Positions 7,855-15,392 of a DNA stretch of 50,296 nucleotides are shown here, piece by piece. The stretch is from a bacterium (GTDB taxonomy: Bacteria > UBP6 > UBA1177 > JAKLFG01), in the NCBI GenBank assembly GCA_029573155.1, contig JAKQHE010000164.1:1-50296 (forward strand). Reading direction: 5' to 3'. The notes under the pieces were generated by a model. It saw nothing but the letters and a program-made list of their open reading frames with translations. It was not told the origin of the DNA and made no database searches. Both the position numbers and the translations under genes were made by a program. Numbering within the stretch: position 1 is the first letter of the stretch; every line of letters begins with the position of its first letter.

Positions 7855-9078
7855 CTAACCGACCGCTTCGTTTATCTTGAGTATCGGCATGACCACCGCG
7901 AATATGATGAATCCGATCACTAGCGCAAGGAACACTATCATGATGGGGTTGATGGTCGCCGTAAGCCGTTCGAGTGAATACCTGACCTCCTTTTCGTACG
8001 AGCCGGCGAGTGTTTCAAGCATTTCTTCCAGTTCACCCGATTTTTCGCCTATCGCTATCATCTGTATCACTATCGGGGGGAATTCCCCGCTCCGTTTCAA
8101 CGGGACCGCGATGGATTCACCCTCCTTGATGTTCTCTCGCGCCGCTGCGACGGCATTCTCGATAACGCGGTTCTCGATGACCTTGCGGACAATATCAAGT
8201 GCCGCAAGTATCGGAACACCCGAGGTGAGGAGGGTGGAAAGGGTCTTGGCGAAGCGTGATATGGCCACCATCCGGTTGATACGTCCGAAGATGGGGGCGG
8301 TGATGAGAAGGCGGTTCCATTTCTCCTCGCCTGCCGGGGTCTTTTTCCAGCGGTGAAACCCGGCATATCCGGCGACGGCCACAAGCAATATCAGCCACCA
8401 GTAAGAACCGACCGTGCCGCTTATCCAGATGAGGATGCGCGTCTGGAGCGGCAGGATCATGTTGACATCTTCGAACATCTTGGAGATCTTGGGGATGACC
8501 ACCGTGAAAAGCAACGCGACGACCATGATCGCGACGACGAAGAGAATAATGGGGTAGGTCATCGCCGAACGGACCTTGTTGCGAAGGTCCATCTGTGACT
8601 CGAGGAAATCGGCGAGTCGTAACAGGACCGCTTCGGTGGCGCCGCTTTCTTCTCCCGCCGCTATCATGTTGCAGTACAGCGGACTGAACACCTCGGGAAA
8701 ATCGCGTGCGGCGCGCGAAAAACTATAGCCCTCCTGCATCTTGGTCTTGACGAGCATGAGCACCTCGCCGAGCCGCGGATTGTCCTGCTGCTGGGCGACC
8801 GCGGCGATAGACTCGACAAGCGGGATGCGCGCCTTCTGGAGCGTGGCGAGGAGCCGCGTCATCGAGGCGACCTCCTCTATCGCGACCTTCTTGCGGCGCA
8901 TGGAAAAAACGGTCCTGAAAAGGGAAAGCCCTTCTCGCGAGGCCTTTTCCCGTATGTCGACGACGAACCAGCCATCAGCTTGGAATTTCGCCTTGACCGC
9001 GTTACGCGATGATCCCTCTATCGTCCCTTTGCGCTCATGACCATCACGATCCATGATCCTGTAGGCGTATAGGGCCAT
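7855..9078 (-). CDS. gspF: Type II secretion system inner-membrane platform protein GspF
   Basis: 407-aa ORF with two GspF/PilC repeats and 3 TM segments. The sequence is clearly GspF family (…FSPLYCNMIAAGEESG…, …PPIVIQMIAIGEKSGELEEML…). Confidence 0.92.
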   Translation of the reverse strand: MALYAYRIMDRDGHERKGTIEGSSRNAVKAKFQADGWFVVDIREKASREGLSLFRTVFSMRRKKVAIEEVASMTRLLATLQKARIPLVESIAAVAQQQDNPRLGEVLMLVKTKMQEGYSFSRAARDFPEVFSPLYCNMIAAGEESGATEAVLLRLADFLESQMDLRNKVRSAMTYPIILFVVAIMVVALLFTVVIPKISKMFEDVNMILPLQTRILIWISGTVGSYWWLILLVAVAGYAGFHRWKKTPAGEEKWNRLLITAPIFGRINRMVAISRFAKTLSTLLTSGVPILAALDIVRKVIENRVIENAVAAARENIKEGESIAVPLKRSGEFPPIVIQMIAIGEKSGELEEMLETLAGSYEKEVRYSLERLTATINPIMIVFLALVIGFIIFAVVMPILKINEAVG

Positions 9079-10770
9079 CTAGGTATCCTCCTGCGTCCTG
9101 AGCAGGATCTCTTCGGGCGAGGTGATCCCCTTCACCGCCTTCATCGCGCCGTCTTCGCGGAGGGTCAACATGCCGGCCGCCGCCGCGGTCTTCTTGATGA
9201 CCGAGGCATCCTGCCGGTTGACGACCGCACGCCGGATATCATCATCGATGACGAGTAGTTCAAAGATGCCCATACGGCCCTGATAGCCGGTATGCGAACA
9301 TTTCTCGCATCCGACGGCCCGGTAAAAGGTGTGGTGTCGGTATTCCTCGGGGTCGAGTCCGAGTTCCCTGAGTATCGCCGCCTCCGGCTGGTAGGCCTCG
9401 CGGCAATGCAGGCAGAGTTTGCGAATGAGCCGCTGGGCCAGCACGCCTATGACCGTGGAAGAGATGAGGAACGGCTCGACCTCCATGTCGAGGAGCCGAG
9501 TGAAGGCGCTCGGCGCATCGTTGGTATGGAGCGTCGAAAAGACGAGATGGCCTGTGAGGGACGCCTGTATCGCGATGTCGGCCGTCTCCTTGTCTCTTAT
9601 CTCCCCGACCATGATGATATCGGGATCCTGCCGCAGGATGTGACGCAAGCCCGCCGCGAAGGTGAGCCCGATCTTGGGGTTTATATGTATCTGGTTGATC
9701 CCTTTAAGTTGATACTCGACCGGATCCTCCTCGGTGATGATCTTCACATCGGGTGAGTTTATCTCTGTAAGCGCCGAGTAAAGTGTGGTCGTCTTTCCCG
9801 AACCGGTCGGGCCGGTGACGAGGAAGATGCCATGCTTTTTCTGTATCATCTGGCGCATCGTTTTGAGATCACGCTGGTTGAACCCGCAGTTGTCGAGCGA
9901 CAACTGGAGCGTCGTCTTGTCGAGTATACGCAGGACCACCGATTCGCCGTGGACCGAGGGAAGCGTCGAAACACGAAAATCGATGTCGTTACCGGCGACC
10001 CGTATCTTGATATTGCCGTCCTGCGGCAGCCGTTTCTCGGCGATGTTGAGGCGCGCCATGATCTTGACACGGGTAATGAGTCCCGCCTGCGCCGCCTTGG
10101 GAACCTTCTGGATGACATACAGTTTGCCGTCGCGCCGGAACCGGACGAGCATCTCGTCCTCGAACGACTCGAAATGGATATCGCTCGACCGCTCCTTTAC
10201 CGCCTTCGCGACCATGCTGTTGACGAACCGGATGATCGGCGCCTCGTCATTCGAATCGATGAGGTCGGGCAGCGCCGCATCCTCATCGGTGCCCATATCC
10301 CGGAACTCCTCGGCATTCAACGATCCTTCCGTCGTATCAAGGCGGCTGTAGGCACTATTGATGAGTTCGGTCACCTTCTTTTCTTCGACCGGCAACAGGA
10401 TCACATTTTTTCCATAGATAAGATAAAACTGGTTATAAAGCACTAGGTCCTCGGGGTCGACCGCTACGGCTAGAAGACGATCCTCTTCCGCAAAGAGCGG
10501 CACCGCTCGATACCGACGGGCAAGATAGATCGGGAATGCCTGTAAAAGCACGGGATCCTGTCGGGACAAAAGATCCTGTTCCCCCCAGGTAAGCCCCACC
10601 TGCTCCGCGAGGGCGAGATGTATCTGCTCCACGGATGCCTTGCCCATGTCGATCAGTATCTCCCCCACCTTGCGGGCGTCACCCCCCTGCTGGAGTCGGA
10701 GCGCTTCTTCGACAAAAGCAACTGTCGCGTATCCCCGCTCGACAACTATCGCGCCGATCTGCTTTCTCAT
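9079..10770 (-). CDS. gspE: Type II secretion system ATPase GspE with an MshEN-like N-terminal domain
   Basis: Walker A GPTGSGKTT, Asp/His boxes (…ILRQDPDIIMVGEIRD…, …TGHLVFSTLHTND…) and a tetracysteine CLHC…CEKC. The ATG at 10770-10768 sits 1 nt after the gspD stop (10772-10774). The upstream 25 codons in the ORF track overlap gspD and were rejected. Confidence 0.93.
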   Translation of the reverse strand: MRKQIGAIVVERGYATVAFVEEALRLQQGGDARKVGEILIDMGKASVEQIHLALAEQVGLTWGEQDLLSRQDPVLLQAFPIYLARRYRAVPLFAEEDRLLAVAVDPEDLVLYNQFYLIYGKNVILLPVEEKKVTELINSAYSRLDTTEGSLNAEEFRDMGTDEDAALPDLIDSNDEAPIIRFVNSMVAKAVKERSSDIHFESFEDEMLVRFRRDGKLYVIQKVPKAAQAGLITRVKIMARLNIAEKRLPQDGNIKIRVAGNDIDFRVSTLPSVHGESVVLRILDKTTLQLSLDNCGFNQRDLKTMRQMIQKKHGIFLVTGPTGSGKTTTLYSALTEINSPDVKIITEEDPVEYQLKGINQIHINPKIGLTFAAGLRHILRQDPDIIMVGEIRDKETADIAIQASLTGHLVFSTLHTNDAPSAFTRLLDMEVEPFLISSTVIGVLAQRLIRKLCLHCREAYQPEAAILRELGLDPEEYRHHTFYRAVGCEKCSHTGYQGRMGIFELLVIDDDIRRAVVNRQDASVIKKTAAAAGMLTLREDGAMKAVKGITSPEEILLRTQEDT

Positions 10771-10771
10771 C

Positions 10772-13336
10772 TCATCTGCTCTCCTCGATGGACGGGACCT
10801 CTTCGACGGGTGAGGGCTCCGGCACGAGGGCATCCTCAGGCGCACTCGGCATTTCGGGGGGAAGCGCGGGCATCATCGCCGGATCATCGTCCACAACGCC
10901 GTTCGGCTTGCGACCAAGATCTATCTCCTTCTGTGCTCCGTCGGGAGTGATCATAAGCCCGCGCCGACGATTCATGCGATCTATCCGTTCCTTTTCCTCC
11001 TCTTCCCGCAGTTTGTCCTTGTCCAGCAGGCGCGCCATGGCAAGAAGCGCTCCTCGTTTCTTTTCGAGGGTCAACGTGCGCTCGTAATCCTTTATGGACC
11101 CGTAGAATTTCTTGGCGAACTCCTCTCTTTCGCGCATCTTTCGCTTATATATCCGTTCGAAATCTTCCTTGCCCTCAACGATGTGCGGGGTAAGGATGAT
11201 GAGCAGATTGACCTTCTCTTTCTTGTTCTTGGTGTACTTGAAAAGAGCGCCGAGAACGGGAATATCGCCAAGTATCGGCACCTTCGACTCCCCTTCGGTC
11301 ACTATGTCCTTCATGAGTCCACCGATGACCACCGTCTGCTGGTCCTCGGCGTTGATGATCGTTTTGGCGGCCCGTTTCGATGTGGTGAACCCGTAGTCGG
11401 TCATCGGGCCAAGCTCGGTAACCTCCTGCTCCACCTGCAGGGTCATGTACCCGCTCTCGTTGATCTGCGGTTTTATCTTGAGTTTAAGCGCGACATCTTC
11501 CCGCTTGTAGGTGATCTGACTGCCGGCCGTGCCCGAGATGATGTTGCCCGAGGGGAACGGGATAGTGTCGCCCACCACGATCTCCGCCTCTTCGTTGTCG
11601 GTCGTAAGGATATGCGGCGTCGACATGACATTGACATTCGCGTCGTTCTTCATAGCATTCCACAGGATCCCCAGCGACGGGATACCCGCCACCGGACTGA
11701 GCCCGCCGCCCATCGTTTCGGTCCCCGACAGGACCGGGCCGAGCAACCCTGCGACGAGCCCGGGCGTCGGCGTCGTGAAAGCCTTGCCAAAGAATATCGG
11801 CACCTTCTCCCCTCCGATGGTCGTCTCAAAACCACCCGCGGCGAACGAGGTGCCGTATTCAAGTCCTTCGGAAACCTTCACCTCCATGATGACCGCCTCG
11901 ACAAATACCTGTTTCCGGCGGATGTCAAGTTGTTCGACCACTTTTCTAAGGTTACGAAAATCTCTCAGAGAACTCACCACAACGAGCGAATTGGTCGCCT
12001 CGTTGGCCGAGATATTGACCTCTCCCTCGAAGACCTCGGTCCCTTTCGCCTGTCCCTTTGCTTGCGTTTTCCCGGCACCTTTCGTCAGAGTGTTCAGTGT
12101 GGTGACCAGATCTTTCGCCTTGGCGTTCTGTAATTTCAGAACATGTATCTCCCCTTCCCCCTCTATTTCGCGATCAATCTTCTTGACCACCTGCAGGACC
12201 AGTTCGAAGGTCGCTTTGTTCGCAAGGATTATTATCTGTTCGTTGCGGTCATCGGCGACTATCTGCACATACATCGAGGAAATGGCGTTCGCGGCATCAT
12301 CTCCACTCGACGGCGCCGACTGTTGCCCCTCTGCGGGAGAAGGCGGCTGTCCTTTTTCGTCGGTCGCCACACCACCCAATACCGGTGTCGTGGTGTCCTT
12401 CTTTTGTTGTTTGCCTCCCTTGGCAACGAAATCCTTGAATATTTCGTCCAGCAGTTTTTTGGCATCGCTGGGGGCTATATGGTTCAGGTGGATAAAATGA
12501 AGTCGCGCGGTATCGGCCTCGGCCGGCATATCAAGATCGCGGGTTAGATCTCGTATCTTTCGGATGTTAGCAGCATAATCGACCATAATAATGGTCTTCT
12601 CGTCGAAAATAAGTGTTGCGCCCGACGGGTCACGGAATATCTTTATGACCTTTTCCATCTCCACGGCCGGAACATACCTAAATTTGAGGATGGTCGCGAC
12701 CATTTTGAACACATCAGGTATCTTATCCTCCTTGACCACGGCGATGCCCTGCGTAACGGTATCCTTCTCATTCATGATGATGAGGAACTTCCCGTCCTGC
12801 ACAACCGAAATGTTGTTGACCGACAAAAGAGTGAGGAAAGTGCGCCACGCCTCGTCTATCGTCACCGGGACCGGCGACATGATGGTGATCTTTGCTTTAG
12901 CAAGCCGTTCCTGCACGATGAAGTTGCGTCCCGTTTTTTCGCTGAAGAATTTAATGACGGCGAGCAGGTCGGTATCCGGAAAATCAAGATAGAGTTTGGT
13001 GTTCTTACTCATCGGTGTGATGTGCTTGCTTTCTACTTTGATGGTCTCACCCGCTTCAGCGCTCCTACCGGTTGCCGTGGCCTGCATCGAAGAGGAGCCC
13101 TCTCCTTCGACCGGAGGCGGGGTACCGGTGGCAGGATCATCCGTTACCTTTTCTTCTTTCTTGCGGTCGTTTTTCTTTTTGACCTTTTCCTTCTTGATAC
13201 TCCCTTTCAGCGCATTCTTCAACGGTTGTTGCTGGATCGGGTTGAGTTTTATCGGCACCTGCATCTCGTTCGGTTGTTGGGCAACTGCCATACTCAACCA
13301 CGCGACCAACAGTATCAACAGCATTCCTCTACGCAT
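10772..13336 (-). CDS. gspD: Type II secretion system secretin GspD with Lys-rich N-terminal and ~134-aa charged/Pro-rich C-terminal extensions
   Basis: 854-aa ORF with an AGGAG SD before the ATG at 13336 and signal peptide MRRGMLLILLVAWLSMAVAQQ. Secretin core motifs are present: …NVMSTPHILTTDNEEAEIVVG… and …VPILGDIPVLGALFKYT…LLIILTPHIV. Confidence 0.92.
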   Translation of the reverse strand: MRRGMLLILLVAWLSMAVAQQPNEMQVPIKLNPIQQQPLKNALKGSIKKEKVKKKNDRKKEEKVTDDPATGTPPPVEGEGSSSMQATATGRSAEAGETIKVESKHITPMSKNTKLYLDFPDTDLLAVIKFFSEKTGRNFIVQERLAKAKITIMSPVPVTIDEAWRTFLTLLSVNNISVVQDGKFLIIMNEKDTVTQGIAVVKEDKIPDVFKMVATILKFRYVPAVEMEKVIKIFRDPSGATLIFDEKTIIMVDYAANIRKIRDLTRDLDMPAEADTARLHFIHLNHIAPSDAKKLLDEIFKDFVAKGGKQQKKDTTTPVLGGVATDEKGQPPSPAEGQQSAPSSGDDAANAISSMYVQIVADDRNEQIIILANKATFELVLQVVKKIDREIEGEGEIHVLKLQNAKAKDLVTTLNTLTKGAGKTQAKGQAKGTEVFEGEVNISANEATNSLVVVSSLRDFRNLRKVVEQLDIRRKQVFVEAVIMEVKVSEGLEYGTSFAAGGFETTIGGEKVPIFFGKAFTTPTPGLVAGLLGPVLSGTETMGGGLSPVAGIPSLGILWNAMKNDANVNVMSTPHILTTDNEEAEIVVGDTIPFPSGNIISGTAGSQITYKREDVALKLKIKPQINESGYMTLQVEQEVTELGPMTDYGFTTSKRAAKTIINAEDQQTVVIGGLMKDIVTEGESKVPILGDIPVLGALFKYTKNKKEKVNLLIILTPHIVEGKEDFERIYKRKMREREEFAKKFYGSIKDYERTLTLEKKRGALLAMARLLDKDKLREEEEKERIDRMNRRRGLMITPDGAQKEIDLGRKPNGVVDDDPAMMPALPPEMPSAPEDALVPEPSPVEEVPSIEESR

Positions 13337-13348
13337 GACAACTCCTAT

Positions 13349-14371
13349 TTAGTCCACAGTATATTCCAGTGTTTCCTTCTTACCGCGCCTGACGACATCC
13401 AAACTTAGTTTGTTGGAATTCCTGAGCCGGGAGTATGCCTCAAGCGCCTTATCCGGGCTTGAAAGATCGATGCCGTTTATGCTCTTGACCACATCACCGT
13501 TCTGGACCCCGATCTTTTGCCAGATGCTTCCGGGGCGGATGGAGAATATCTTAAACCCGCTTTCCTTTTTGTCCGGAACGATACGCGCCTCGGAGGCCAG
13601 ATTGTTGAGGTTCGCCGTGGCGCGGTTAAGATCGTCCCGACTGATGCGATACGAGTTGGGCCCCGTCTGCTGCACATTGAATTGATCCCCGGCAGCATCC
13701 CCCACTTTATTGGAGGGCTTTTCGGCTTCGACAAGTGAGGCGCTCTTTCCCACATTTTCCCCAAGGCAACGGATACCGGCTGATGTCTTGAAAGCCACAA
13801 GGTTCCGCCGGACCGCCGCAAGCAGGGCACCATCATCGGTGCTATCGTCGATACGCAGCACCATGATAAGGGGTGTTCCCCCTTTTTCTCCTGCGCTGCT
13901 CTTTGAAGACGCGACCGTGATGAGCGATTCCGACTCAGGGATAGCGAGGGCTGTGCCGAGCAAGGCAAATCCGGGAAGAGGGATGCAACGCTCCGGGGTG
14001 TCGAGAAGAGCATTTATCTCCTCGATGGTCACTTCGTGCGGTTGGGAGAATGCCTCGTTACTCTCCGCCGAGGCCAGTGCTATTTGGCGCATACTCAGAT
14101 CAAAGGCGTTGGGAAGCGAGGCGGTTCCTTTAGGAGAACCGAAATAGATCATCTCTTCCTGCGGGACAACCTCCGGCGTTCTTTTATTTCCCGCTCTGCG
14201 GGAAGAAGCCTCGGCGCGCACGTCACCCTCCCCCTCCTTGAGGACGAACGATATCGCCAGAGCGTACACCGAGAAGAAGAGAAAAGCGGTCGACACGAAC
14301 AAAACCACTGCGAGACCGGCTCGATTTCTCACGCGAAACTCCAAACAAAAAAACGGTCCACTTTTATGCAA
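13349..14371 (-). CDS. gspC: Type II secretion system protein GspC (TM segment plus C-terminal PDZ domain)
   Basis: 340-aa ORF with an N-terminal TM segment (LAVVLFVSTAFLFFSVYALAISFVL). A C-terminal PDZ-like segment reads FKIFSIRPGSIWQKIGVQNGDVVKSINGIDLSSPDKALEAY. It lies directly upstream of gspD. The start is ambiguous: TTG at 14371 or GTG at 14332, which is preceded by TGGAG. Confidence 0.75.
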   Translation of the reverse strand: MHKSGPFFCLEFRVRNRAGLAVVLFVSTAFLFFSVYALAISFVLKEGEGDVRAEASSRRAGNKRTPEVVPQEEMIYFGSPKGTASLPNAFDLSMRQIALASAESNEAFSQPHEVTIEEINALLDTPERCIPLPGFALLGTALAIPESESLITVASSKSSAGEKGGTPLIMVLRIDDSTDDGALLAAVRRNLVAFKTSAGIRCLGENVGKSASLVEAEKPSNKVGDAAGDQFNVQQTGPNSYRISRDDLNRATANLNNLASEARIVPDKKESGFKIFSIRPGSIWQKIGVQNGDVVKSINGIDLSSPDKALEAYSRLRNSNKLSLDVVRRGKKETLEYTVD

Positions 14372-14414
14372 TCATCGTGCCTTTAAATAAAGCGAATAAT
14401 AACAAAACAATAGC

Positions 14415-14470
14415 TTGACATAAAGGAGAGAATCCTCTTGTTTTGTCAAAATGTCAATCGCAGTTTGACA
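14415..14470. promoter_or_regulatory. Array of four TTGACA/TGTCAA hexamers forming two inverted repeats in the AT-rich gap upstream of gspC (operator, promoter and/or terminator hairpin)
   Basis: TTGACA at 14415-14420 pairs with TGTCAA at 14444-14449, extendable to an imperfect ~14-bp stem with loop aatc. TGTCAA at 14452-14457 and TTGACA at 14465-14470 form a palindrome with a 7-nt spacer. On the minus strand the first hairpin is followed by T-rich sequence. Confidence 0.3.
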
Positions 14471-14500
14471 GAAAGAGCCTCGCCTAGCTCACAAAGGAGG

Positions 14501-15382
14501 TCAGTCGGGAAGAAGTTGGTCTTGATCAGTATCGGTCTCGTCGGAAGACAGTGTATCGGCATCATCGACATCATCTGTCCCGTACGAAATGAAAAAGGAA
14601 ACGGCATCGATACCGCCATTGAACACTTTGGACAGCGATCCCTCGGATCGATCTTCCACCACCAGATACACGATGGTCGCCCCCAATTGAGGCATCTTCA
14701 TTTTCATGGTGCGATCGACCCCGCCACTCAATATCTCGGCATCCCCGTCCGAGAGGGTGTTCTCAATATACCAACGATACCCGTAGGGCGTCGTGTTGTC
14801 GGCAAGGGTAGCCTCGATCGCGATGGTGTCGGGTGATCCAGCAGGCAGACGAACGGTCTCCCCTGCGGGAAGCGACAATCCACTGTGGCCCGGGACCGCC
14901 ACCAAGATACGGTCTATCAGGGGAGCCTCATACTGAAGCGCTACCGATCTTTTTGCCAACAGCAGACTTTTGCGGGCCGGCAATGTCGTGCCATCATTCA
15001 TGCGCACGGTAGCCTGCAGTTCGACCACCACATGTCCGGCGGTCCGGTACGCGGACCATGCGGCCGTTCCGAAAATGTCGACATCGGCGGCGGCATTCTC
15101 GTCCGGTATCTCATAGCGGGCGACGCGGTCGGCCGCAAGTTCCCTGACCTCGTTCCCGAGCCGCCAGAGCACAGATATGCTAGCCCGTTCGGTCGCGCTG
15201 ACACCGGCGAGAAGCACCGAGAAGGTAACGGTGTCGCCCGGAGAGAAGACCTGTTTGTCGGCCTGCAGGGCGATGATCCGCGGCCCCGTTATCTTCCATG
15301 CGGGGTCAAGAGCGTTGTTCTCGCAACCGAGCCCCGCAACGAGGAGCACCAACAACCCAAGTGTCGGCAGATAGGTTCTCAT
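14501..15382 (-). CDS. Lipoprotein of unknown function with an acidic C-terminal tail
   Basis: The ATG at 15382 gives MRTYLPTLGLLVLLVAGLG-C (lipobox). It lies 10 nt downstream of the OMP stop, so it is probably co-transcribed. The 293-aa product looks beta-rich and ends in DDVDDADTLSSDETDTDQDQLLPD. The 36-codon upstream extension in the ORF track overlaps the OMP gene and was rejected. Confidence 0.75.
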   Translation of the reverse strand: MRTYLPTLGLLVLLVAGLGCENNALDPAWKITGPRIIALQADKQVFSPGDTVTFSVLLAGVSATERASISVLWRLGNEVRELAADRVARYEIPDENAAADVDIFGTAAWSAYRTAGHVVVELQATVRMNDGTTLPARKSLLLAKRSVALQYEAPLIDRILVAVPGHSGLSLPAGETVRLPAGSPDTIAIEATLADNTTPYGYRWYIENTLSDGDAEILSGGVDRTMKMKMPQLGATIVYLVVEDRSEGSLSKVFNGGIDAVSFFISYGTDDVDDADTLSSDETDTDQDQLLPD

Positions 15383-15392
15383 GACGCGCCCC

